Below are positions 19,828-29,401 of a stretch of DNA of 64,000 nucleotides, piece after piece. Source of the stretch: Deltaproteobacteria bacterium (lineage in GTDB: Bacteria > CG2-30-53-67); the NCBI GenBank assembly GCA_013151235.1, contig JAADIO010000035.1:1-64000 (forward strand). Reading direction: 5' to 3'. The stretch's first letter is position 1, and each line of letters opens with the position of its first letter. The translations under genes and the position numbers were made by a program. A model generated the notes under the pieces. That model ran no database searches and had not been told where the DNA came from. It saw only the letters and a list, made by a program, of their open reading frames with translations.

Positions 19828-20694
19828 ATGATGGCAACAGGGATCCTCTACATCGTGGCCACACCAATCGGCAATCTGGAGGATATAACCTTCCGGGCCG
19901 TCCGAATCCTCAAGGAGGTGGATCTCATCGCCGCTGAGGATACACGTCACTCCTCCCGGCTTCTGAAACATTACGGGATCACAACCCCCACAACCAGCTA
20001 TCACGACTATACGGATTCGAAGAAACGTGCCTCTCTGATGCGCCGACTGGCGACGGGTGACAAGATCGCTCTCATCAGCGACGCCGGCACACCGGGGATC
20101 TCCGATCCCGGCTACCGGTTGATTTCCGAGGCGGTTGCCGGAGGGATCGAAGTGACGGCCGTGCCCGGTCCATCGGTCCTGACGGCGGCGCTCTCCGCAG
20201 CCGGTCTTCCCACGGATGCCTTCTATTTCAATGGTTATCTCCCGAACCGGGCCGCCGCCCGCCGTAAGGTGCTCCGATCCCTGGCGGAACGGCGGGAAAC
20301 CCTGGTCCTCTATGAGGCACCCCACCGGATCACGGCCTCGCTTTCCGACATGAAAGACCTGCTCGGCAACCGGCGAATCGCCGTCTGCCGGGAGATGACC
20401 AAGCTCCACGAGGAGATCTTCCGGGGGAACCTGGAAGAAGCCCTGCAAAACTTCTCCACGCGGGAAAAGATCCGGGGGGAGTTTACCCTCGTTGTCGAAG
20501 GGGCGAAAAAAGACCCGGCTCTACCGGTCGACCTGAACCTTCCGGATGAAATCACCCGAGCCATGGAGGGAGCAGGAGTGAACCGGAAGGAGGCGGTGCG
20601 GATCGTCGCGGAACGGTTCGGCCTCCCGAAAAAGGTGGTTTACCGGGCAAGCCTAACGGACAAGGATTCGCACTTACCATCATCACCTCGATGA
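19828..20694 (+). CDS. rsmI: 16S rRNA C1402 2'-O-methyltransferase
   Basis: LYIVATPIGNLEDIT, AEDTR, SDAGTPGISDPG, YEAPHR, REMTKLHEE. Confidence 0.95.
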   Translation: MMATGILYIVATPIGNLEDITFRAVRILKEVDLIAAEDTRHSSRLLKHYGITTPTTSYHDYTDSKKRASLMRRLATGDKIALISDAGTPGISDPGYRLISEAVAGGIEVTAVPGPSVLTAALSAAGLPTDAFYFNGYLPNRAAARRKVLRSLAERRETLVLYEAPHRITASLSDMKDLLGNRRIAVCREMTKLHEEIFRGNLEEALQNFSTREKIRGEFTLVVEGAKKDPALPVDLNLPDEITRAMEGAGVNRKEAVRIVAERFGLPKKVVYRASLTDKDSHLPSSPR

Positions 20695-20716
20695 ATTCAT
20701 ACAAAGGAGAAAATCG

Positions 20717-21844
20717 ATGGAACCGAGCAAAGTCTATTACGTCTCCGCCCGGGCGACCAAGTGGTCCTACCGGGAGAGCCTGGCGGGCCGTTTCGAGACA
20801 CTTCTGAAAGAGTTCCAGGTCGGGAAGTACCTCAAGAAAAAAGACCCTGTGGCGCTGAAGATGCACTTCGGCTCCGAAGGGGCGCACAGGATCATCCGGC
20901 CCCTCTTCGTCCGAAAGGTGGTTGAGACCGTTCGCCGGGCGGGGGGAAAACCCTTTGTCACCGACACCGTCCGGATCAAGGGACTTGACTACCTGAAGGT
21001 AGCGAACGAAAACGGAATCAACGAACAGGCCTGCGGGGCGCCGGTGATCCTGGCCGACGGAATCTTCGGCAATGATCACGTCTCCGTACCCTCAGGTTCG
21101 GAACAGGGGGAGGTCTTCGTCGCTTCCGCCCTTCATGACGCGCCGTCCATGATCGTCCTCTCCCACTTCAAGGGGCATGTCAATGCCGGAATCGGCGGGG
21201 CAATCAAGAACCTCGCCATGGGGGGGCTCTCCGGCTCCGACCGCAACCACGACTGGAAGCACGGCAGGGGGGGAATGCATACCCACCACACGGCCGGCAA
21301 GATCGAGTGGGAACGGGAACAGTGCAGTCTCTGCAACCAGTGCGTGGAGATCTGCCCTCTCGACGCATGCTCTTTTGAAAACGAACTGTGGGAATACAAT
21401 GCAAAAAAATGCTGGCGCTGCGGGCGCTGCGCCCGGGTCTGCCCCGAGGGGGCCCTTGATATGCCGATGGATGAGGACCGCTTTCACCAGGGGATGGCGG
21501 AATCGACAAAGGCCGTTCTTTCCACATTTAAAGAACACCGCGTCCTCTACATTAACTTTCTGCTTGAAATCCAGCCGGAATGCGACTGCATGCCCGGCGC
21601 CGATGTACCGGTAGTTCAGGACCTCGGGATTCTGCTCTCCGACGATATCGTGGCGATCGACCAGGCATCCTGCGACCTGATCCTCCAGAACCCGCCTCTC
21701 CCCGGATCCATGGCCGAGGACCGGGGGCTGAAGCCAGGGGACGACATCATGCTCAAGCTTCACAGAATCGACGGCCGGAAACATATCGATGCGGCCTGTG
21801 CGCTGGGCCTGGGGAACAAGGAATATTCCCTCATCAAGACCTGA
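20717..21844 (+). CDS. DUF362 domain Fe-S protein with 2x[4Fe-4S] ferredoxin insert
   Basis: KMHFG, SHFKGH, GGAIKNLAMG, CSLCNQCVEICP, CWRCGRCARVCP, PECDC, DIVAIDQA. Confidence 0.88.
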   Translation: MEPSKVYYVSARATKWSYRESLAGRFETLLKEFQVGKYLKKKDPVALKMHFGSEGAHRIIRPLFVRKVVETVRRAGGKPFVTDTVRIKGLDYLKVANENGINEQACGAPVILADGIFGNDHVSVPSGSEQGEVFVASALHDAPSMIVLSHFKGHVNAGIGGAIKNLAMGGLSGSDRNHDWKHGRGGMHTHHTAGKIEWEREQCSLCNQCVEICPLDACSFENELWEYNAKKCWRCGRCARVCPEGALDMPMDEDRFHQGMAESTKAVLSTFKEHRVLYINFLLEIQPECDCMPGADVPVVQDLGILLSDDIVAIDQASCDLILQNPPLPGSMAEDRGLKPGDDIMLKLHRIDGRKHIDAACALGLGNKEYSLIKT

Positions 21845-21912
21845 ATCGTCTTGACACCCGCCCCGAAAACGTTATAAAAATGATAGGTCTGCTTCTCGAA
21901 AGGATTATACCG

Positions 21913-22590
21913 GTGGGAAAGATTTTGATTGTTGACGATTCCGAGGACAATCGCGAGGTACTGCGCGCCGTCCTGGAACACCAGGACTATGAGGTCATCT
22001 CCGCTGAGAGCGGCGAAGAAGCAATCCGCCTTGCCGTCGAGATTTCTCCGGACCTGATCCTGATGGATGTCATCATGCCGGGGATGGACGGGATCACGAC
22101 CTGCCGGACGTTGCATACCCATGACAAGACGCAGGGGATTCCGGTCATCATGCTGACGGCAAAAAATGAACCGGAGGACTTGCAGCGGGGACTCGAAGCA
22201 GGGGCCGTGGACTACGTCAAAAAACCCTTCCTGATGGCCGAACTGATGGCACGAGTCAAGACCGCCCTTCGCCTGAAGGCCGCCCAGGACAAACTGGTGG
22301 TACAGGAAAAAAAGATCGCCGTCATGGAGCTGGCCGGGGCCGCCGCCCATGAACTCAACCAACCCCTCACCGTCATTAACTGTCAGGTTAAACTCCTTGA
22401 AGAAGCCCTCGAAGAAGAGGGGGTTTTTCCCGGCAGCCGGGAGATCGAAATCATCTATGAATCGGTACGGAAGATGACGGAGATCATCCGGAAGATCGGG
22501 AACATTACGAAGTACAGAACCAAGGAGTATCTCCTCGGCGACAAGATCATCGACCTTGATGAAGCGTGCGAGGATGAAGTCGAGGAATGA
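21913..22590 (+). CDS. Response regulator: receiver domain plus HisKA-like H-box helix, no ATPase domain
   Basis: ILIVDD, LMDVIMPGMDG, KPF, then ELAGAAAHELNQPL; GTG start after AAGGA; TTGACA at 21851. Confidence 0.85.
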   Translation: MGKILIVDDSEDNREVLRAVLEHQDYEVISAESGEEAIRLAVEISPDLILMDVIMPGMDGITTCRTLHTHDKTQGIPVIMLTAKNEPEDLQRGLEAGAVDYVKKPFLMAELMARVKTALRLKAAQDKLVVQEKKIAVMELAGAAAHELNQPLTVINCQVKLLEEALEEEGVFPGSREIEIIYESVRKMTEIIRKIGNITKYRTKEYLLGDKIIDLDEACEDEVEE

Positions 22591-22774
22591 CGTACGTTCC
22601 GCATTGCCTTTGACGTTGATCTTGCCTTTGCCGGATCCCGCTTTTCGCCGCTTGACCTGCTTCCTGCAAAATCGGGGGAAGTCCAGATATCTTTTCCCTT
22701 GACATCACGGCGGCAGAATGTTTAATTTAGTAATTGAATTCAATTGATTCATTTAACTATTTCCGGAATCCTTC

Positions 22775-23221
22775 ATGGAATTGACTCGGGCTGCGGATTA
22801 CGCCTTGCGGGGTGTTCTATATCTCTCCTTGCAACCGGAAGGGACCCTTTCCGTCATCAGCGAAATTGCCGAACAGATGGATATCCCCGAAGGGTTCCTT
22901 GCGCGAATCTTCCAGACCTTGGCCAAATCCGGCATCATCCGTTCCCACCGGGGCAAAAAAGGGGGCTTCTCCCTGGCTCTTCCGGCGGAAGAGATCAATA
23001 TGCGGAAAGTGATTGAGACCATGGAGGGACCGATTCACCTGAACCGCTGTCTCAACGGATACGGCGACTGCGGGCGTGGAACGCTCTGCTCCCTGCATGA
23101 TGTGTGGTGCCGCATTCAGGAACAGGTGATTACGACCCTTGGTGAAACAACCTTCTCCTACCTCGCCCAACAGACGAAAAACAAGATGCAGGAACATCCC
23201 CCTGCCGAATCATCTTCATGA
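22775..23221 (+). CDS. Rrf2-family transcriptional regulator with three Cys
   Basis: ADYALR, SHRGKKGGFSL, CLNGYGDCGRGTLC. Confidence 0.9.
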   Translation: MELTRAADYALRGVLYLSLQPEGTLSVISEIAEQMDIPEGFLARIFQTLAKSGIIRSHRGKKGGFSLALPAEEINMRKVIETMEGPIHLNRCLNGYGDCGRGTLCSLHDVWCRIQEQVITTLGETTFSYLAQQTKNKMQEHPPAESSS

Positions 23222-23361
23222 ATCAACGAGAGAAAGAGAACGATTCTTACGGAATAATTTTTTTCTGTCGCTGTATTTGCCAAGATCTTCTGTTGACAAG
23301 GCCACGGAGAGTATGAGAATGATATCAGAGTAGATTCGAACTCCTGATCCGGAATATCATC

Positions 23362-24309
23362 ATGCAAATCATTCGCGACCTTGTCCAGCTGGAACATCGG
23401 TTTACTTATCCTGTCGTCACCCTCGGCAACTATGACGGGGTGCATCTGGGGCATCAGAAGATCTTTGAACAGGTGATGGCAAGAGCCCGGAAGATGTCCG
23501 GGACCTCAATCATCTTCACCTTCGAACCGCACCCTCTCAAAGTACTTTCCCCTTCCACGGCCCCACCGCTTCTGAATACCTTTCGACGGAAAATGGAACT
23601 CTTTGAGGCCTACGGCATCGAGGTCGTCATTTGCGCTGAATTCACCCGGGAATTAGCCGCCACACCACCGGAGGACTTCATCAAAAACATTCTTGTCGAT
23701 CAAGTCGGAGTAAAAGAAATTCTCGTGGGATATGACTACGCCTTCGGCCGGGGCAAACAGGGAAACACCGACGCCATGGCGGAGATGGGAAGACGTTACG
23801 GTTTTCAGGTAGAGGTCATCCCGGCATTTACCCTGCATGAAGAAGTGGTCAGTACGACTCGAATCCGGGAGCTCGTGCGCCGGGGAGAGATCCGGAAGGT
23901 CTGTACTCTCCTTGGACGTTGCTACGCCAGCGAGGGGATTGTCACCGCCGGCGACCACCGAGGCAAAGGCCTGGGCTTTCCCACGGCAAACCTCGAATCC
24001 CATAATGAAATCTTCCCGAAACGGGGGGTCTATGCCGTACAAGTCGAATACAAAGACCGTCTCTTTGACGGCGTGGCCAACATCGGGACCCACCCCACTT
24101 TCGGCGAAGGGCAGGTCACCATCGAGGTGCACATCTTTGATTTTCAGGAAGAGATCTATGGACAATTCGTCCGGGTTCTCTACCGGGAACGCCTTCGGGA
24201 TGAACAGACCTTCGGTAGCAAGGAAAGTCTGGTCCGCCAGATCCATCAGGATATCAAGAAGACCAGGGAGATCCTTCAACCACACGGAAAGAAAGAAACA
24301 TCCAAATGA
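23362..24309 (+). CDS. ribF: Bifunctional riboflavin kinase/FAD synthetase
   Basis: GNYDGVHLGHQ, FEPHP, GFPTAN, NIGTHPTF, EVHIFDF. Confidence 0.95.
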   Translation: MQIIRDLVQLEHRFTYPVVTLGNYDGVHLGHQKIFEQVMARARKMSGTSIIFTFEPHPLKVLSPSTAPPLLNTFRRKMELFEAYGIEVVICAEFTRELAATPPEDFIKNILVDQVGVKEILVGYDYAFGRGKQGNTDAMAEMGRRYGFQVEVIPAFTLHEEVVSTTRIRELVRRGEIRKVCTLLGRCYASEGIVTAGDHRGKGLGFPTANLESHNEIFPKRGVYAVQVEYKDRLFDGVANIGTHPTFGEGQVTIEVHIFDFQEEIYGQFVRVLYRERLRDEQTFGSKESLVRQIHQDIKKTREILQPHGKKETSK

Positions 24310-25331
24310 TCAAATCACGTAAAATGTTCTGGTTCGGGATCATCCTCAGTCTCGCCCTCATCATCCTTCTTGTACAACGCACCGACATTCACAAACTTGC
24401 CCTCGCCTTCCGTCAGGCAAATTATCTCTACTGCCTGCCGGTCATTGCCGTCGCATTGCTCGGGATCCTGATCCGGGCATACCGCTGGGGTCATATCCTG
24501 GCCCCACTGCACCGGGCTTCCCGGAAAAATCTTTTTTCGGCCATGATGATCGGATTCATGGCGATTGACATTCTCCCTGCCCGTATCGGAGAAGTTGCAC
24601 GAGCCGTTCTGATCGGCAGAAAGGAACCGATCTCGAAAACCAGTGCGCTGGCAACCATTGTCGTGGAACGACTCTTTGACATATTTACCCTGCTTCTGCT
24701 GCTGGTCTGGGTCCTCTTTGCCATGTCGCACTCCACACTTCCCCCGGTCTATATCCGTACGCTCAAGGCAGGGGGGACCATGATGGCGGCACTCTTCGTC
24801 GGGGTCCTCTTGTTTCTCGTCTTCCTCCGCTTCAATACCGGTGTCGCTCTGAACTTCGTCCGGTTCTGCCTGCGCCCCTTTCCCCACTCATTGCAGACAA
24901 AGACACTGGAATTGATGGACTCCTTTGTCGCCGGTCTGACCACGATCCGGATGGGAAGAGACCTTCTCTGGATCATCTTTTACTCCGTCCTTCTCTGGAG
25001 TCTCTACGGAATAGGAAATCTTTTTATGCTTCGTTCTTTCGGCATTCGAACACCGGTTTATGTTCCTTTTTACCTGGTGATCGTACAGGCCTTTGCCGTC
25101 GGGATTCCTTCCTCACCGGGGTTTGTCGGCACCTACGATGCAGCCGTCGTAGCCGGGCTGGCACCTTTCCATGCCGATGAAGCCGTCCGGCTCAGCTTCG
25201 CCCTCCTCTCACATTTTCTGATCTTCCTCCCGGTCATCCTCTACGGGCTCATCCTCCTCTGGAGAGAGCATCTCACCCTCGATGTCCTAGAAAGAGAGGC
25301 CGGCACGGAGCCGGAGGAAACGGAGGGATGA
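24306..25331 (+). CDS. Lysylphosphatidylglycerol synthase TM-domain (flippase-like) protein
   Basis: Multiple TM segments; RAYRW, LPARIGEVAR, VERLFD, PSSPGFVGTY. Confidence 0.82.
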   Translation: MIKSRKMFWFGIILSLALIILLVQRTDIHKLALAFRQANYLYCLPVIAVALLGILIRAYRWGHILAPLHRASRKNLFSAMMIGFMAIDILPARIGEVARAVLIGRKEPISKTSALATIVVERLFDIFTLLLLLVWVLFAMSHSTLPPVYIRTLKAGGTMMAALFVGVLLFLVFLRFNTGVALNFVRFCLRPFPHSLQTKTLELMDSFVAGLTTIRMGRDLLWIIFYSVLLWSLYGIGNLFMLRSFGIRTPVYVPFYLVIVQAFAVGIPSSPGFVGTYDAAVVAGLAPFHADEAVRLSFALLSHFLIFLPVILYGLILLWREHLTLDVLEREAGTEPEETEG

Positions 25332-25606
25332 TAATGGGACGGTTTTTTGTCTTTCTTCTCTGGGGATTGTTTGTCTACCTGTTATGGAAGGTTCTCTTTC
25401 CGGGCAGCAGACATCCGCACAGCGAGGAGACCCCGGAAACAACGATGGAGATCATGGTGCATGATCCGAACTGCAACACCTTCATCCCCCGCCCCGAAGC
25501 CCTCTCCAGAAAAATCGGCGGCAAAACACACTACTTCTGCAGCCGGAAATGCATGAAAGAGTTTCGTACCCGTACGCACAAAGAAACCCCGAATCAGCAG
25601 ACCTGA
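25328..25606 (+). CDS. Small membrane-anchored YHS/TRASH-domain protein
   Basis: N-terminal TM; MVHDPNC...HYFCSRKC. Confidence 0.75.
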   Translation: MIMGRFFVFLLWGLFVYLLWKVLFPGSRHPHSEETPETTMEIMVHDPNCNTFIPRPEALSRKIGGKTHYFCSRKCMKEFRTRTHKETPNQQT

Positions 25607-26295
25607 TTTCTGATAATGGTTCGGCGAAGACGATCAAGAAATCCGTTCCGGTCCGCACCGTCTGAAGGCTGAACATAGACCGGCTCACCAATAACCACAT
25701 GGACGGTTCCCGGATGAAGACGGAATGTTTTTTTCGGCATCACCTCGAAGCTGCCGGAGATGCTTACGGGGATGATCGGTGCCCCCGAGGCCTCGGCCAG
25801 GTAATAGCAACCTTTCTTGAAGGCATGAACCTTGCCGTCCGGAGAACGGGTCCCCTCGGGAAAGATCAGGACCGACTGTCCCTCACGAATCTTGTCGGCA
25901 GCGGCTTTGAGACTTCGACGGGCCCGCTCCCGGTTGGACCGATCGATCATGATGTTTCCATAGCGCCGCATGGCAAAGCTGAAGACCGGAATCCGGTACA
26001 ACTCCTTCTTCGCGATCCAGCCGAGATGACGGGGAAGATAGCCCATCAGAACAAAGATGTCAAAATAACCCTGGTGGTTGGAGGTAACGATTATCGCGGA
26101 GTCCACAGGCAGATTCCGTTCCCCCCGGACCTTGACCCGGACCCCGGAAGCGGCAATAATCGTCCGAGCCCAGAGCCTGGCGAAAAAATGGAGGCACTTC
26201 CCGCTGGAATCCAGAAAGGAAAAGACAACAATCAGACTGCCGCAGAGGACCGTCATGAAGATTCCGACGGTCCAAACCCAGAGTGTGCGAATCAT
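25594..26295 (-). CDS. plsC: 1-acyl-sn-glycerol-3-phosphate acyltransferase
   Basis: NHQGYFD, AKKEL, FPEGTRS, FKKG. Confidence 0.9.
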   Translation of the reverse strand: MIRTLWVWTVGIFMTVLCGSLIVVFSFLDSSGKCLHFFARLWARTIIAASGVRVKVRGERNLPVDSAIIVTSNHQGYFDIFVLMGYLPRHLGWIAKKELYRIPVFSFAMRRYGNIMIDRSNRERARRSLKAAADKIREGQSVLIFPEGTRSPDGKVHAFKKGCYYLAEASGAPIIPVSISGSFEVMPKKTFRLHPGTVHVVIGEPVYVQPSDGADRNGFLDRLRRTIIRNQVC

Positions 26296-26453
26296 GATTC
26301 CTCCAAATGGGGGAAGTATAATGGCCTTCAACGGATATTTCAAGCTCTATCCATAGGAAAACATTGACTTTAGAAGGGTTTCTGCGATAGAGTAAACGAA
26401 CGGTTCGCCGTTTGGAGCCGCAAACGATACCCCGAAGGGAGTCATCCGGTACC

Positions 26454-27233
26454 ATGACAATCAAGGTTCTTTTCCTGGGAACCGGGACATCCTCCGGCGT
26501 TCCCGCAATCCTCTGTTCCTGTCCGGTCTGTCGGTCTGCGAACCCGAAGAACAAACGGCTCCGTTCCTCCATCCTCATCAGTATCGGAGAGAAAAACATC
26601 CTGGTCGATACGGCAACGGACCTGCGGGAGCAGGCGCTGCGTTACCGGATCCCGAGGATCGATGCCATTCTTTTTACGCACCCCCACGCCGACCATGTTC
26701 ACGGCATCGACGAGATCCGCATCTACAGTTTCCACAGCGGAGAACCGATTTCCTGCTACGGGAATGAAGAGACGATCAAAACCATTCACCGGCAATTCCC
26801 CTACATTTTCGTACCCGAGGAAGAACGGCAAAGTTTTATCCCCCGCATCAACACTCATATCATTCATGGTGCTTTTGAACTCTTCGGTCAGGAGATTATT
26901 CCGATCCCGATCCGGCACGGCAGTCAAACCATCCTGGGGTATCGGGTCGGGCCCTTCGCATACCTGAGCGACTGCAACGGAATCCCCAGGGAAAGCATCG
27001 AACTCCTGAAGGGCCTGGATCTCCTTATCCTCGACGCCCTGCGGCATCGGCCTCATCCGACCCATTTTTGTCTACAGGAGTCGGTGGAGACAGCCCAACG
27101 CATCGATCCCGAACGGACGCTGTTTACCCACATGGCACACCAGCTCGAACACGAGGAGTCCAACCGGTCTCTTCCCGGCAACATGGCGCTCGCCTTTGAC
27201 GGGCAGGTCGTGGAATTTAACACGGCGCCCTAA
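26454..27233 (+). CDS. MBL-fold hydrolase (PhnP-like)
   Basis: LGTGTSSGVP, CSCPVC, THPHADHVHG, HPTH, THMAH. Confidence 0.9.
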   Translation: MTIKVLFLGTGTSSGVPAILCSCPVCRSANPKNKRLRSSILISIGEKNILVDTATDLREQALRYRIPRIDAILFTHPHADHVHGIDEIRIYSFHSGEPISCYGNEETIKTIHRQFPYIFVPEEERQSFIPRINTHIIHGAFELFGQEIIPIPIRHGSQTILGYRVGPFAYLSDCNGIPRESIELLKGLDLLILDALRHRPHPTHFCLQESVETAQRIDPERTLFTHMAHQLEHEESNRSLPGNMALAFDGQVVEFNTAP

Positions 27234-27249
27234 CCGAGTTCTCCTGCAG

Positions 27250-29001
27250 ATGAGAAAAAAAACCGCCAGAAAACAGCCGTCCATCCCCAAAGAAAAAACA
27301 CTGAAGGTCATCCGTTCCTCCATCGCAAACAGGAAGAAGGAATGGCAGGGGAAGGAACGAGGAGATGGTTTCGTCATCATCCAGATCGACGGGCTCCCCC
27401 ATCCGATCCTGATGCAGGCCTTGTCCGAAGGCTACATGCCCTTTGTACAAGGGCTCCTTGCATCGGGAGATTTTAATGTCAGTCGTTACCGTTGCGGAAT
27501 CCCCGGCAACACCCCGGCCTCGCAGAGCGGGATCATGTACGGTGAAAATTTCGGGATCCCGGCCTTCCGATGGCTCGACAAACAGAACGACAGCCTTGTA
27601 AGTTTCAAGAACCCCCTCTCGGCACAAACCGTGGAACAGAGCATTTCCCAGGGAAAACGGGGGATCCTGGAGAACGGGAGCAGTTACATCAATCTCCTCT
27701 CGGGAGGCGCCAAACGCTCCGTACTAACCTTGAGCACCTTTCTGACGCAGGACATGCAGAAACGGATCTCCGGACTCGCCATTTTCTTCCTTTTCTTTTT
27801 CAACATCATTCCCGTCTTCCGCTCCCTTCTTTCTTCCGTACTGGAACTGTTTCGGGAACTCTATGAATACCTGGAGATCCGCCTGAAGGGAGGCGTACAA
27901 AAAAGTGAAGGATTCTTCCCGATGGTCCGGATCTTCTCTAATGTCCTGTTTTTTGAAGTCGCCACCGTTGGGGCACTCATCGACATCAATCAGGGAAGAC
28001 CCTCCATCTGGCTGACCTACAACGGATACGACGAGGCCGCACACCAGCGTGGGCCGGAAACCAAATATGCGCTCAAAACCCTTCGCGTGATTGATCGGGG
28101 GATTCGGAAAATCGTTCGCCAGATCCGGAAAAAACGTCGGGGAATGCACTACGATGTTTACATTCTCTCCGATCATGGACAACACCCCTCCATTCCCTTC
28201 CGCTACGAGTTCGGGGAAACCCTGGAAAACTTCATCTACTCCAAGGTCAAGGAAGGACGAATTGCCCAGTACGATTCCGGCGGGGATGTCAAGGATTACC
28301 TCATGCTCGCCCTGAGTTCCACTCTTTACAACTTTGCAGATCAGAACCTTTTTTTCATGCGGAGAATCTTCAAACGGATCGCAAAATACATCGAGCGGAA
28401 CATCCTTCCGGAAGAAACCCGAAAGATCACCGGGAACATCTCCATCGTTAACTCCAGCCCCATGTCCAATCTCTATTTTAATATCGACCGTGGACGAGTC
28501 GATTTGGAACAGATTGAACGGGTCTATCCCGGTCTGGTGGGAGCCCTCGTCCGCCACAAGGGGATCGGCCTCATCCTCGCCCGGTCGGACGGTGATCCGA
28601 TGATCCTCTCCCGGGCAGGTCGGGTCTTCTACCATCACGGCAAAAAACGGATTGACGGAGACGATCCCCTGAGCGGATTCGAGGATGCGGAATTAATCGA
28701 AGCGGAAATCCTTCAGCAATTCTCCATGCCGAACGCCGGAGACCTCGTCCTCTACGGCGCCTTCAAGGAAGGGCGGATCATCAACTTCGAAGAACAGATG
28801 GGCGGTCACGGGGGAATCGGCGGGATGCAGAACACCCCCTTCATCCTCTATCCCAGCCGGATCAAGTACGCCTTCCACTCCATCCGGAATTCCAGGGAGC
28901 TCTATCCGGTCTTTTCAAAATACCTCGGGAAACCATCCCCCCTGACCCCCTCCCCACCCGATCAAGGCCACGCTCTGATGGAAGGGGCAGACCAAGAGTG
29001 A
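27250..29001 (+). CDS. Alkaline phosphatase superfamily (type I phosphodiesterase-like) protein
   Basis: IQIDGL, TPASQSGI, GYDEAAH, LSDHGQ, GGHGGIGG. Confidence 0.8.
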   Translation: MRKKTARKQPSIPKEKTLKVIRSSIANRKKEWQGKERGDGFVIIQIDGLPHPILMQALSEGYMPFVQGLLASGDFNVSRYRCGIPGNTPASQSGIMYGENFGIPAFRWLDKQNDSLVSFKNPLSAQTVEQSISQGKRGILENGSSYINLLSGGAKRSVLTLSTFLTQDMQKRISGLAIFFLFFFNIIPVFRSLLSSVLELFRELYEYLEIRLKGGVQKSEGFFPMVRIFSNVLFFEVATVGALIDINQGRPSIWLTYNGYDEAAHQRGPETKYALKTLRVIDRGIRKIVRQIRKKRRGMHYDVYILSDHGQHPSIPFRYEFGETLENFIYSKVKEGRIAQYDSGGDVKDYLMLALSSTLYNFADQNLFFMRRIFKRIAKYIERNILPEETRKITGNISIVNSSPMSNLYFNIDRGRVDLEQIERVYPGLVGALVRHKGIGLILARSDGDPMILSRAGRVFYHHGKKRIDGDDPLSGFEDAELIEAEILQQFSMPNAGDLVLYGAFKEGRIINFEEQMGGHGGIGGMQNTPFILYPSRIKYAFHSIRNSRELYPVFSKYLGKPSPLTPSPPDQGHALMEGADQE

Positions 29002-29094
29002 GACCCCAAGAAGCAATCGGATGGGCACTCTGAAACGTTTGAGATTCAATTAGAAATGAAATCAGGCAACCACTTTCCGGGGAAGGATCATACG

Positions 29095-29335
29095 CCGGAA
29101 CCGACCGCCGATTCGGCGAATCAGATGCAGGGCAAGCCGGCGGTGCAGGTTCCAACGCTCCATGGCGAGTGCAATGCAAAAGCCCCCCCAGAAAGAGAAA
29201 GATGTTCTCGTTGGCGTAGGGTCGCGCAATGGCGACGCTGTTCATGATCCCCAGGAGCGGAAACAACAACAGCGGCGCCAGCGCCGTGACCGGAATGGGG
29301 ATTGCCTCGGTCATCCAGCAACAGACCATCAGAAC
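29095..29335 (-). pseudogene. Fragment of an SLC13/DASS-family Na+:anion symporter
   Basis: WMTEAIPIPVTALAPLLLFPLLGI...YANENIFLFLGG, then a frameshift to FCIALAMERWNLHRRLAL; both ends missing. Confidence 0.8.
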
Positions 29336-29401
29336 CGCCTACAGAGACTTCCCGGCTTCTCTAAGAATCCCCAATAAATGGATGGACGGTGCCCCTGAGA
29401 C

